From the NCBI GenBank assembly GCA_963664225.1, contig OY760937.1, positions 1,984,001-2,048,000 on the forward strand: a stretch of 64,000 nt of DNA, given 5' to 3'. Shown piece by piece: positions 18,925-28,429 of the stretch; position 1 is the stretch's first letter, and each line of letters opens with the position of its first letter. Source of the DNA: Verrucomicrobiia bacterium. GTDB lineage: Bacteria; Verrucomicrobiota; Verrucomicrobiia; Limisphaerales; UBA1319. The notes beneath the pieces were generated by a model. It worked only from the letters and a program-made list of their open reading frames with translations. It was not told the origin of the DNA and ran no database searches. The position numbers were made by a program, and so were the translations under genes.

Positions 18925-20943
18925 ATGAAAACGACTCGAATTCACTTTGGCCTGTGCCTGCTCCTTGGCGTCACGGTTGCCTTCGCCGCGCCGGATCCAG
19001 TCTGGCAGAATCTTTCCAGCAAACGCGGTGAATTGCCCGCGCCTCCGGGCGGGTCCACGGAGCAAACCGGGGCGGTTGTGGCCGATTTCGACGGCGACGG
19101 CGTGAACGATTTTATCCTGAGTTTCCGTCAGAAGGCGCCTGCGCTGGTCTGGTATCGGCACAATGCCACGGGTTGGGAACAGTATGTGATTGAGAAAGAC
19201 TATCTAACCATCGAGGCCGGTGGCGCGGTCATGGACATCGACGGTGACGGCGACATGGACGTGGTTTTCGGCGGTGACTGGCAGAGCAAGGATGTGTGGT
19301 GGTGGGAGAATCCGTCGCCGAACTTCGACAAGAACACGCCCTGGAAACGGCATCTCATCAAGACCGGCGGCATGACCCAACACCACGATCAGGTCTTCGG
19401 AGATTTCCTGGGCACCGGCAAGCCGCAGCTCGCCTTCTGGAATCAGCAGGCCAAGACCCTGTTCCTGGCGGAAACTCCCGCCGACCCGCGTAACGCTGAG
19501 TCCTGGCCTTTGACTGAAGTGGTTTCGGGAACCAGCAGCGGTTCCACGCCTTATACCGAGGGCATGTCGGCATTTGACATCGACGCGGATGGCAAGGTGG
19601 ATTTGCTCGCCTTCAACACCTGGTACAAGCACACCGGCGGCAAGAGCTTCAAGGCGATCAAACTCTCGGACGTGGGCGGACTCATCTTTGCCGGCTATTT
19701 CAAGCCGTCGAAGTATCCGCAGATCGTCATCTCGCCCGGCGACGGTGACGGTCCCTTGCGTTGGTATGAATGTACAGGCAATCCCGAAAATGCTGCGGAC
19801 TGGAAGTCGCACGATCTGCTCGATCGCGACATCGTTCATGGTCACAGCCTGCAACTCGGCGACATCAACCGCGATGGGCATCTGGATATTTTCGTGGGCG
19901 AGATGGCCAAGTGGCATGAGAAGGAAACCATGCGGGACCATCCTGAGGCCACTGGCTGGGTTTTCTACGGTGACGGCCAGGGGAACTTCACGCGCAAGGA
20001 AGTGGTTGTTGGCCACGGCTGGCATGAAGCCCGGCTGGCGGACCTGGACGGCGACGGCGATCTCGACCTTCTAAATAAACCCTACAATTGGGATGCCCCG
20101 CGCGTGGATGTCTGGCTGAACAATGGCACGCGCGCTGGCGCGAAAGGCGCGGGCACAAGCAAGAGTTTTCACGGGCCGATGGGCATGCAGCTTTACAGCT
20201 TGCGCGATATTCTTGCGACGAACGTGCCCTATGCCCTGCAAATGACCCGCAGCTTTGGGTTTCAAGAAGTTGAACTCGCAGGAACTTATGGACGGACACC
20301 GCAACAATTTCGTGCGGAATTGACCAGGGCCGGGCTCAAACCCGTGTCCTCCATCGTGGATTACAATCTACTGGATACTTCCATGGACCAGGTCATTGCG
20401 GATGCCAAGGCGCTGGGAGTCCAGTATGTCGGCACCGCTGGCATCCCGCACGACGGTCCGTTTACCGAGGCCGATGCGCACAAGACCGCCGCTGATTTTA
20501 ATCGGTTCGGCGAGGCGCTCGCGAAACAGGGCCTCAAATTCTTTTACCATAACCATGGATTCGAATTCGTTCCGAATGGCGACAGCACGCTCTTTGATCT
20601 GATCGTGCAGGAGACGAAGCCGGAATTTGTCAGCTTCGAGATGGACATCTTCTGGACTGTGCATCCGGGTCAGGATCCGGTGAAACTGCTTCAAAAATAC
20701 CCGAATCGCTGGGCATTGATGCATGTGAAAGACATGCGCAAGGGGACCAAGACGGGCCTGCTCACCGGCAGCGAAGACGTGCGGAATGACGTGGCCATCG
20801 GCTTAGGTCAGATCGATACCACGGCGGTGCTTAAGGCCGCTCAGGAAGTTGGCGTGAAGCACTATTTCATCGAGGACGAGTCGCCATCCACGATCGTTCA
20901 GATCCCGCAATCGATGCGGTATTTGGAATCTCTGGCGTGGTGA
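18925..20943 (+). CDS. Secreted FG-GAP/VCBS repeat protein fused to a sugar-phosphate isomerase/epimerase (AP endonuclease 2) TIM barrel
   Basis: Repeated D-DGDG-D loops; C-terminal GMQLYSLR, YHNHGFEF, EMDIFW, HVKD motifs. Confidence 0.85.
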   Translation: MKTTRIHFGLCLLLGVTVAFAAPDPVWQNLSSKRGELPAPPGGSTEQTGAVVADFDGDGVNDFILSFRQKAPALVWYRHNATGWEQYVIEKDYLTIEAGGAVMDIDGDGDMDVVFGGDWQSKDVWWWENPSPNFDKNTPWKRHLIKTGGMTQHHDQVFGDFLGTGKPQLAFWNQQAKTLFLAETPADPRNAESWPLTEVVSGTSSGSTPYTEGMSAFDIDADGKVDLLAFNTWYKHTGGKSFKAIKLSDVGGLIFAGYFKPSKYPQIVISPGDGDGPLRWYECTGNPENAADWKSHDLLDRDIVHGHSLQLGDINRDGHLDIFVGEMAKWHEKETMRDHPEATGWVFYGDGQGNFTRKEVVVGHGWHEARLADLDGDGDLDLLNKPYNWDAPRVDVWLNNGTRAGAKGAGTSKSFHGPMGMQLYSLRDILATNVPYALQMTRSFGFQEVELAGTYGRTPQQFRAELTRAGLKPVSSIVDYNLLDTSMDQVIADAKALGVQYVGTAGIPHDGPFTEADAHKTAADFNRFGEALAKQGLKFFYHNHGFEFVPNGDSTLFDLIVQETKPEFVSFEMDIFWTVHPGQDPVKLLQKYPNRWALMHVKDMRKGTKTGLLTGSEDVRNDVAIGLGQIDTTAVLKAAQEVGVKHYFIEDESPSTIVQIPQSMRYLESLAW

Positions 20944-21033
20944 TGCTGCCGCATGCGAAAGCGATCTCAACAGGGAGATCAAGCACGATGAAACTCCTGT
21001 AGCCGGGCGTAAAGTAAGATTCTGCTGCAAACG

Positions 21034-21058
21034 AAAAATGCCCCTGAAAGGTCAGGGG
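21034..21058 (-). terminator. Probable intrinsic terminator of the blaI-M56 operon
   Basis: Minus strand CCCCTGA-CCTT-TCAGGGG followed by CATTTTT. Confidence 0.55.
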
Positions 21059-21091
21059 AGTATGCAGGTCTGGATGGATCTGTGCGGAGAT

Positions 21092-21159
21092 GGCTCGGCG
21101 GGAGCCTCGCCCTACCGAGTGCAGGGCCGATGACGGCTCGGCGGGAGCCTCGCCCTACC
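21092..21159 (-). repeat. Two GTAG-type REP-like palindromes
   Basis: GGTAGGGCGAGGCTCCCGCCGAGCC (minus strand) at 21092-21116 and 21135-21159. Confidence 0.8.
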
Positions 21160-21166
21160 GGATTAG

Positions 21167-24019
21167 TTACTGTTTTGGAATCTGGTCCCTGGCCGCTGGC
21201 GCATCGTCGTCCGAAGATACCCGATTTCCTGCCGGATCAATGAGCTTTGGCGTAACAAAGACGACCAGTATCTTCTTCCCGTCTCGTTTTTCGATCTGGC
21301 GGATGTAATCGGCCACACGTGCATCCCGTTGTTTGTCCGGCGCGCCGAGTAATACTTGTTCTGGTTTCGGAAACAGAACCTGGGTCTGGCCGTCATACAA
21401 TTGAGTGTGCGCGGCCTTGGTGCGCAATCGGACGGCAGGCATGGAATTGGTGACAGCCTGAGGGGCCATGTTCGTGCCATCGGCGTAACCCAGAAACTCC
21501 GTCACTGAGGCAATGGCTCGCAGATCAATCGTGTAGCCGTCGGATAGGATTTCGGCAATCACGTCCATACCAGCCCCTGTCTTAATTCTTTCATAATGCA
21601 ACGCAGTTGCGATGGACGGGCTGGAATTATCCTTTGTAGGAACTGAATTGGTCAGGGCGGTGTCAATCTGTGTTGACTGTATTTGCGCCTGCATGCCGGC
21701 AAGGGTCGTCACGTTCGGCATGGCCAGCACGTCAACACCTGGTTGCGCCTTGAGGCGTTTTATGAGCGCGCTGGCTTCCACCTCTGTCAAAATGCCCGTT
21801 CCGTTGGTCATGCCCGCAGGCAGGGGATTTCCAGCGACACTGGTGAAAAAGCTTTCCGGCACTTCCACGAACTGGCCGGTTATGTTTATCTGTGGCGGCG
21901 CATAGTTGAGCGTCTGAACCGCTTGTTCGATGGCACCGAGATCAGATGAAGTTGACTTGACCAATAGCAGGCCATTGCGGTCATTGAAGAAAACGGATTT
22001 GCCTGCGGTTGAATTCAAATCGATGCCGAGAAGATCGACCATAAACTTCCGCACCATGGCACTCGTGGCTGCAGGAGAATTTGTAGTCTTAACGCTCCTG
22101 GCTTCGGCATGGTCCATTCGCTCCAGGCTCGAAAGAAAGGTATTGGGATCCACCTTGAATTGCCTGGAATAAAGATTTGTCGTTTCCGAGTCCGTTGCCG
22201 GAGTGGAAACACTTCCCTCGAGCGCATACCCATGCAGCTTTTGCGCGACGCTGTTGACCAGCGCCAGTTGCTCTCCCGTGCCCCGTGCAAACATGAATCC
22301 ATTGTTCAGATAAAGGAAAGCCGTCGGTGGCGTTCTGACGCCGGAATCAAGCATCAATTGATTCAAGCGTTCCTCTGGCACACCGGCATCCAGTCTGAAC
22401 TTCATCGACGTGGCATTCCTGACCGTCTTATCCATCATGATTTGGACGCCGATCACCACCACGATCATTTTGCCGGGGTCGGAACCGCGCAGGTTTTCGT
22501 TGCGGATGACAATGCCTCCCTGATCTTCCGCCGAGGCCTTCGCGTTGAATTGATTTGTGATCGCGCCCGTGGCCGGGGTGTCAACGACGCTGCCTTGAAT
22601 CGCCAGATCGATATTGCCGCCCTTCACGAACGGGCTGCAGGCAAACTCAATGCCGTTGGTCTCGTTGCCGACAAACATTGTGGCGGGAACACCACTCGAA
22701 GTCTGGATGCGCGGTTTGGTCATGGGTTGGAGGCCAGACCTATCCAACTTTTTCAGCAGTTCACCGAATTTCTCCCGTGATGCGGCCCACCATGCGCTGT
22801 TAGTATCGACTCCTTGATTGAATTTGAGGGTCGAAGTCATTTTTTCAAAATCGGCGGAGCGCATCTCGTAGATTCGCGCGTTGATCAAAACAATATCGGA
22901 CTGCGCTTTGCGCGCTGAGGGCTGCGGTTGTCCGGGCCTGGCGGCGGATGGCGTTTGTTTTGCTGCCGGAGTCGGCGCTTCGCCCATTGGAAGGGCCACG
23001 GCGCTGAAGACAAAGATGCCGAACAGGGACGCGAAGGTCAGACCGGCCTTGCGTGGAGCGTGGAAATCCACGAGCCGCTCAATGCGCTGGCGCAGGGCGC
23101 TCCGCGATTCCATGATCCCGACCAGTCCCAGGCTCATCAGGGGACGTTGGAAGGCGAGCTTCGCCACTTCGAGCAACGTCGGCGCATAGGTCTCCGCGTC
23201 CTCGCGCAAGGCCAGCATCACCGCATCGTCCACCGCCTCTTCGCGCAAGCGGCGCATCCGCGCGTTGGCCAACCACAGCAGCGGATGCCACCAGTAGGCA
23301 ATTTGCAGCAACGCCTGCGCGCAGTTCACCCAGACATCCCTGCGGCGCAGGTGAAATAGTTCATGCAAAAGCACGGCCCGTAATTGCGCGGCGGAAATAT
23401 TGTCCAGCAATGTGCGCGGCAACAGAATCACAGGGCGGATCAAACCGCACACTGCGGGGGACATCCGGCCTTCGACAATTTTCAAGCGTGCGGTTGACCG
23501 AAAACCAGCGAGCTGTCGGGCATTTTCGAGTGCGTCTGAATATTCGTTTGAAGCTCCTGCCCCACGAACCTTTCGTGCGACGTGCCACCAATTCTTTGCC
23601 AGCCACAGCAGCAAAGCCAGACTCACCGCGCACGAAACGAGCAGCGCCCAACCCGCACTGCTCAACGGCGCCGGCACGGCTTCTGGAATGGGAATCGTTT
23701 GTGGAGCCAAATCTGGTTGCGGCGTCGCTTTACCGTAAGTCACGACGTATTGGGGCGTGACCGGGGCGTTGACGGCTGGTTTGGTCGGAGTCAGCCACCA
23801 TGCCGCGCCGGTCGGCAGGGCAAGCGTTGGGGGCAACAGCAATTTCACCAACACCGCCATCCAGAGCGCGTAGCGAATGGAGGCGCGCATTTTTCGCGCC
23901 AGTGAGACATCCAGTGCGAAGACAAAAGCGATCAGCAAGCTGGATTGCCAAAACATCGGCCAGGCGAAGTGGAAAAACTGCCCGCCGAAATGGTTCAGGG
24001 TTTCGATGGAGGAATTCAT
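21167..24019 (-). CDS. BlaR1/MecR1-like M56 metallopeptidase with C-terminal secretin-like domain
   Basis: SPAVCGLIRPVILLP, HELFH zincin motif, WWHPLLW, EEAVD; C-terminus QINITGQFVEV...AMPNVTTLAG...VFVTPKLI. Confidence 0.85.
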   Translation of the reverse strand: MNSSIETLNHFGGQFFHFAWPMFWQSSLLIAFVFALDVSLARKMRASIRYALWMAVLVKLLLPPTLALPTGAAWWLTPTKPAVNAPVTPQYVVTYGKATPQPDLAPQTIPIPEAVPAPLSSAGWALLVSCAVSLALLLWLAKNWWHVARKVRGAGASNEYSDALENARQLAGFRSTARLKIVEGRMSPAVCGLIRPVILLPRTLLDNISAAQLRAVLLHELFHLRRRDVWVNCAQALLQIAYWWHPLLWLANARMRRLREEAVDDAVMLALREDAETYAPTLLEVAKLAFQRPLMSLGLVGIMESRSALRQRIERLVDFHAPRKAGLTFASLFGIFVFSAVALPMGEAPTPAAKQTPSAARPGQPQPSARKAQSDIVLINARIYEMRSADFEKMTSTLKFNQGVDTNSAWWAASREKFGELLKKLDRSGLQPMTKPRIQTSSGVPATMFVGNETNGIEFACSPFVKGGNIDLAIQGSVVDTPATGAITNQFNAKASAEDQGGIVIRNENLRGSDPGKMIVVVIGVQIMMDKTVRNATSMKFRLDAGVPEERLNQLMLDSGVRTPPTAFLYLNNGFMFARGTGEQLALVNSVAQKLHGYALEGSVSTPATDSETTNLYSRQFKVDPNTFLSSLERMDHAEARSVKTTNSPAATSAMVRKFMVDLLGIDLNSTAGKSVFFNDRNGLLLVKSTSSDLGAIEQAVQTLNYAPPQINITGQFVEVPESFFTSVAGNPLPAGMTNGTGILTEVEASALIKRLKAQPGVDVLAMPNVTTLAGMQAQIQSTQIDTALTNSVPTKDNSSPSIATALHYERIKTGAGMDVIAEILSDGYTIDLRAIASVTEFLGYADGTNMAPQAVTNSMPAVRLRTKAAHTQLYDGQTQVLFPKPEQVLLGAPDKQRDARVADYIRQIEKRDGKKILVVFVTPKLIDPAGNRVSSDDDAPAARDQIPKQ

Positions 24020-24035
24020 AAGCGCGGTTCGATGA

Positions 24036-24422
24036 TTATTTCGCGGACTTTTTCCTGGCTTCGATCAGCGCCTCCAGTTGGGCCAGTTCCCCGGCGTTGA
24101 TGTCGTTGTTTTCCAGCAGGCACTGCACCATGGGTGTGAGCGCGCCGTTGAAGGCGTTCTTGAGCGCATAGAGCAATTCGCCTTGCTGGGCCTGCGCGCG
24201 CGTGACGATTGAATTGTAAATCGTCATCCTGCCTTCCTTCTTCGCCGCAAGCACGCCCTTGACGACCATGCGATCCATCACCGTGCGCACGGTCGAGTAA
24301 GTCCATTGGGTGGCCTTGAAGAGTTTCTCTTGAATGGTGGGCGCGGTGCAGGGCTCATTCTCCCAAACGGCCTTGATGACGGACCATTCCGCCTGAGTTA
24401 ATTCGACAACGGGCTTGGACAT
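24036..24422 (-). CDS. BlaI/MecI/CopY family transcriptional repressor
   Basis: LTQAEWSVIKAVW, WTYSTVRTVMDRMVVKG; directly upstream of the M56 gene. Confidence 0.92.
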   Translation of the reverse strand: MSKPVVELTQAEWSVIKAVWENEPCTAPTIQEKLFKATQWTYSTVRTVMDRMVVKGVLAAKKEGRMTIYNSIVTRAQAQQGELLYALKNAFNGALTPMVQCLLENNDINAGELAQLEALIEARKKSAK

Positions 24423-24428
24423 GAGGGG

Positions 24429-24480
24429 AGTATCTCTACAAATGTAGATGAGTGCAAGCGCAATCTTTACAAATGTAGAT
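24429..24480 (-). promoter_or_regulatory. blaI promoter with two TACA-N2-TGTA operators
   Basis: TCTACAAATGTAGA (24435-24448) and TTTACAAATGTAGA (24466-24479); minus strand TTGCAC-N17-GATACT-N6-ATG. Confidence 0.85.
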
Positions 24481-24559
24481 ATATGGAAGACACCGGGTGC
24501 GAGCCCCGGACATTTCAAGAGGTGCGGTTGTGACCGAGGGTCACGGCGGTGAGGAGGAA

Positions 24560-24584
24560 GGCTCGGCTGGAGCCTCGCCCTACC
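24560..24584 (-). repeat. GTAG-type REP-like palindrome (third copy)
   Basis: One mismatch to the copies at 21092 and 21135. Confidence 0.8.
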
Positions 24585-24644
24585 GGGTCAGTTCTTGAGA
24601 TGGAACGTGGTCCCTGGGAATTCGTATTTTCTGAGGAGCTGTCA

Positions 24645-24673
24645 TTGACATAGGGCGGGGAGGTTCCTATAAA
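24645..24673 (+). promoter_or_regulatory. sigma70 promoter of the symporter operon
   Basis: TTGACA-N17-TATAAA upstream of ATG 24689. Confidence 0.65.
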
Positions 24674-24688
24674 TTCCCGAAATCTACT

Positions 24689-26632
24689 ATGCAAAGCATA
24701 CAACTGGGCACCATCGATTTTGCCATTTTGGCAATCTATGTCGTTTTTGTGGTCGGGATCGGGTTCGCACTTAAGCGATACATGAAGAGCTCGGCGGACT
24801 TTTTGATGTCCGGCCGGTCGATTCCCGCCTGGGTGACGGGCCTGGCGTTTATTTCCGCCAATCTCGGGGCGCTGGAACTGGTGGGAATGGCCGCCAGCGG
24901 CGCGAAATACGGTATTGCGACCTGCCATTTCTACTGGGTGGGGGCGATTCCGGCGATGATCTTCCTGGCGGTATTCATGATGCCGTTCTATTACGGGTCG
25001 AAGGCGCGATCGGTGCCGGAATACCTGAAGATGCGCTTTGACGAGCGGACGCGATGCTTCAATTCGCTGACGTTTGCGGTGATGACGGTGTTCGCGTCGG
25101 GTATTTCGATGAACGCGCTGTCGAAGCTGCTCAACCAACTCCTGGGCTGGGACTACAATATGAGCCTGTGGATTTGCTCGGCGGTGGTGCTGCTCTATGT
25201 GCTCAAAGGTGGTTTGACTTCAGCCATTTACACGGAAGTGCTTCAGTTCTTCATGATCGTGCTCGGTTTTGCCCCGGTGGTGTTTCTGGGTCTCAAGGAT
25301 GTGGGTGGATGGGATGTGCTGAAGACGAATCTGGCCACGGTGGCGCAAAACCCGGTGGCGCTGGGCCTGGCGGATCATGCGGGCAAGGCGTATGCGAGCG
25401 ATGCCTGGACCAGCGCATGGAAGCCGCTGCTGGGCGGGCCCACGGCGAACCCGATGGGTGTGGATTTGTTCGCGATGATGTTCGGTCTGGGTTTTGTGCT
25501 CTCCTTTGGATATTGGTGCACGAACTTCCTGGTGGTGCAACGGGCCATGGCCGCCAAGAACATGACGGCGGCGCGCCGCACTCCGCTGATTGCCGCGGTG
25601 CCCAAAATGATTTTCCCGGTGCTGGTGATTCTGCCCGGCATGCTCGCGTTGTCGCTGGCCCTGACGGGCAAGGATGGTTATCGCCTGCCTCCCAAACGGA
25701 TGGATACGGCCATGTATCAGAAGGCCATACCGGCCATCAAGGATGCGGCCGCGAAGGAATTGAAGGGTGAGGCGGCGGTGCAGGCGGTTTCGGCCGCGGT
25801 GGGAATGAAAATGCTGCCTGAGAAGGTGGAAGCGCTGATTAAAACCGCGCCGACGATGGCGGATAAGGATTTGAAGGATGGATTGCAGAACGCGGTGGCT
25901 GAAATCGACTACGACGGGGTGATTTTGTCGCTGGTCAAAAAATACTGCCCATCGGGTCTGCTGGGACTGGCGTTGACGGCGCTGCTGGCGTCGTTCATGT
26001 CCGGCATGGCGGGCAACGTGACGGCGTTCAACACGGTATGGACCTACGATCTTTACCAGGCCTACATCGCCAAGAATAAGAGCGATGAGCATTACATGTG
26101 GATGGGCCGGGCGATCACGGTGGTCGGGGTGCTATTGAGTATTGCCTGCGCCTATTTCGCGAGCAATTACTCCAACGCAATGGATATCGTGCAGTTGGTC
26201 TTCGGCTTCGTAAACGCCCCGTTGTTTGCAACGTTCCTGCTGGGAATGTTCTGGGCCCGCACCACAAGCCACGGCGCATTTTTCGGATTGCTGGGCGGCA
26301 CAACGACATCGGCATTGTTCCATGCGCTCACGATCGCCGCAGGCAATGCGCCAGGCGTCAAAGGCGGTTACCTGGGCGTTCAACAGACGTTTCCGAGCGA
26401 GATGGCGCAGAACTTCTGGCTGGCCAGTTGCGCCTTCGGAGTTTGCTTCCTGCTGACGTTTTTCATTTCGCTGGCGACCAAGCGGACCAAGACCAACGAA
26501 GAACTCAAGGGTTTGGTCTATTCGCTGACGCCCAAGATCGTTGTGAGCGAGCAGGCGTGGTATCTGCGTCCGGCGGTGCTGGGCCTGGTGCTGCTTTTCT
26601 GCTGCGTGGTGTTGAACGTTATTTTCTGGTAA
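24689..26632 (+). CDS. Sodium:solute symporter (SSS) family protein, probably a sugar transporter
   Basis: DFLMSGRSIP, SVPEYLKMRF, GGLTSAIYTEVLQ, YWCTNFLVVQRAMAAK. Confidence 0.92.
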   Translation: MQSIQLGTIDFAILAIYVVFVVGIGFALKRYMKSSADFLMSGRSIPAWVTGLAFISANLGALELVGMAASGAKYGIATCHFYWVGAIPAMIFLAVFMMPFYYGSKARSVPEYLKMRFDERTRCFNSLTFAVMTVFASGISMNALSKLLNQLLGWDYNMSLWICSAVVLLYVLKGGLTSAIYTEVLQFFMIVLGFAPVVFLGLKDVGGWDVLKTNLATVAQNPVALGLADHAGKAYASDAWTSAWKPLLGGPTANPMGVDLFAMMFGLGFVLSFGYWCTNFLVVQRAMAAKNMTAARRTPLIAAVPKMIFPVLVILPGMLALSLALTGKDGYRLPPKRMDTAMYQKAIPAIKDAAAKELKGEAAVQAVSAAVGMKMLPEKVEALIKTAPTMADKDLKDGLQNAVAEIDYDGVILSLVKKYCPSGLLGLALTALLASFMSGMAGNVTAFNTVWTYDLYQAYIAKNKSDEHYMWMGRAITVVGVLLSIACAYFASNYSNAMDIVQLVFGFVNAPLFATFLLGMFWARTTSHGAFFGLLGGTTTSALFHALTIAAGNAPGVKGGYLGVQQTFPSEMAQNFWLASCAFGVCFLLTFFISLATKRTKTNEELKGLVYSLTPKIVVSEQAWYLRPAVLGLVLLFCCVVLNVIFW

Positions 26633-26671
26633 TCAGACAGCCAGACAACCTTAAAGAATTGGAATTAATTT

Positions 26672-26908
26672 ATGGGACTCGATATTCGCCTGCCGATAGG
26701 GCTGATGTTTACGCTGATTGGCGTGCTGCTGGTGATTCAGGGATTTATCACGCAGAACGATGCCGAGATGTATAAGCGCTCGCTGGGCTCAAACATCAAT
26801 TTGATCTGGGGCGGTTTTCTGCTGTGCTTCGGCGTGTTCATGCTGGTGCTCGCATGGTTTGGGGCCAAGGCCGCCAAAGAGCAGGCTCCGGACACAAACA
26901 GGAAGTAA
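26672..26908 (+). CDS. Small 2-TM membrane protein (symporter accessory-type)
   Basis: MGLDIRLPIGLMF...NINLIWG; directly downstream of the SSS gene. Confidence 0.8.
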   Translation: MGLDIRLPIGLMFTLIGVLLVIQGFITQNDAEMYKRSLGSNINLIWGGFLLCFGVFMLVLAWFGAKAAKEQAPDTNRK

Positions 26909-27120
26909 TCAGGCAGCCAGTCGCCGTCGCAGAACTCCGGCTGCCCTGAATGCAGGACAAAAGTCTTCTGAAAGGAAGAGGTCAAAAGGCAGACTCTCGC
27001 TTGATCTGGTTGATGGAGGTATGGGGCTGAGGCCCCGCACCCTCTGCTGGCGCTACGAGGAAGGCAAACAACCTGCCCTATCGAACTTTGTGCGCGCCGT
27101 GGTGACAACGGCGGAATGCT

Positions 27121-28140
27121 TCAATACGTCTTCACCGCTTTTTTCAATGTCGTTTCGAGCTGGCGCAGGTCGTTGGGCAGTTCAGCCGTCCAGGTCATGG
27201 GCTTGCCGGGATGATCCGGGTGTTCGAGGCTGATGGTTTGGGCATGCAAAGCCTGACGCGGAAAATCAACCAGCGCGCGGGCGGAATCCGATCCGCGATA
27301 GACCGGATTGTAGGTGCGGTCCCCGACCAGGGGCAGTCCGGCATGGGCGGCCTGGACGCGGATTTGATGTTTCCGGCCGGTCTCCAGCCGGAGACGCAGT
27401 TTGGTGACAAAACCTTTCCCGCCGGCCAGCGGATATTCCGCAAGCACTTCGTAATGCGTGATGGCCTCGCGGACTTCGGCCTCCGGCACCTTCTTGAGCT
27501 GCTCTTCCAAAATCACATGCTGCCGCAATTCGTCCCGGCTCAATTGCAGCCATTGCCGCCAGGTGCCGCTGGGTGTGGACGGACGTCCCTCCACAAACGC
27601 CACATATTCGCGCCGCATGGAATGGACCTTCAACTGCTCGATGAGTTGGCGCCGCGCGGCGGGATTCATGGCCATGCAAAGAACGCCCGTCGTGTATTGG
27701 TCAAGGCGGTGAACCGGCGAGGGGCGCAGCCGTTGATAGGCGGGCGGCAATGACCTTCCCGCGACGCCGCGGGTTTGGGCTTTCATCTTCCCGGCCAGAA
27801 AATCTGCGAGGATGCCCAGCGCGGAAAGATCGCAATTCGATGCCGGCACGGAAATGAGACCCGCCCCCTTGTTGACGATGGCGAGCGCGGAATCCAGATA
27901 CAGCAGCGAAACGCGCGGATGAATCTGCCAGCCGGAATCAAGCGTCAGTGTCGTGGCATGACGATCACGCAGCTCCAGGGTGTCCCCCGGATCCGCCATG
28001 GTTTGATGCGGTTTGCGAATTATGACGCCGTTGACGCTGACCCGCCCGGCCGCAATCCATTGTTTGGCGCGGCTTTTTGGCGTTTCGGGGAATTTCCGCA
28101 ACAACCAATCCAACAGGGGGCTGACCGGGGGTGTATCCAT
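27121..28140 (-). CDS. RluA-family RNA pseudouridine synthase with S4-like domain
   Basis: GRVSVNG, VHRLDQYTTG, LETGRKHQIRVQ, RQALHA. Confidence 0.92.
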   Translation of the reverse strand: MDTPPVSPLLDWLLRKFPETPKSRAKQWIAAGRVSVNGVIIRKPHQTMADPGDTLELRDRHATTLTLDSGWQIHPRVSLLYLDSALAIVNKGAGLISVPASNCDLSALGILADFLAGKMKAQTRGVAGRSLPPAYQRLRPSPVHRLDQYTTGVLCMAMNPAARRQLIEQLKVHSMRREYVAFVEGRPSTPSGTWRQWLQLSRDELRQHVILEEQLKKVPEAEVREAITHYEVLAEYPLAGGKGFVTKLRLRLETGRKHQIRVQAAHAGLPLVGDRTYNPVYRGSDSARALVDFPRQALHAQTISLEHPDHPGKPMTWTAELPNDLRQLETTLKKAVKTY

Positions 28141-28156
28141 GAAGCAAGGCCAAAGG

Positions 28157-28399
28157 CTAAGAAGGCTTCTGGTATTGAGCTTTTTCCCCGATGAACCAGT
28201 CTTCGACTTTTTCACGCGCCCAGGGTGTTTTACGTAAAAACGTGAGACTCGACTTCACTGAAGGATTGAACTGAAAACAGCGGATGGGAATGCGCCGCGC
28301 CATCTCACTCCAGCCATGGCGCTGAACGAGCTGGTTTAGGATGCTCTCCAGCGTGATGCCGTGCAGGGGATCACGGGGATTGGAACCGGGCGATGTCAT
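28157..28399 (-). CDS. VF530/DUF2132-family small protein
   Basis: [34 protein letters not shown]. Confidence 0.88.
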   Translation of the reverse strand: MTSPGSNPRDPLHGITLESILNQLVQRHGWSEMARRIPIRCFQFNPSVKSSLTFLRKTPWAREKVEDWFIGEKAQYQKPS

Positions 28400-28429
28400 A
28401 ATACTTGAGCTTTATGAGAAATCCGCAGG

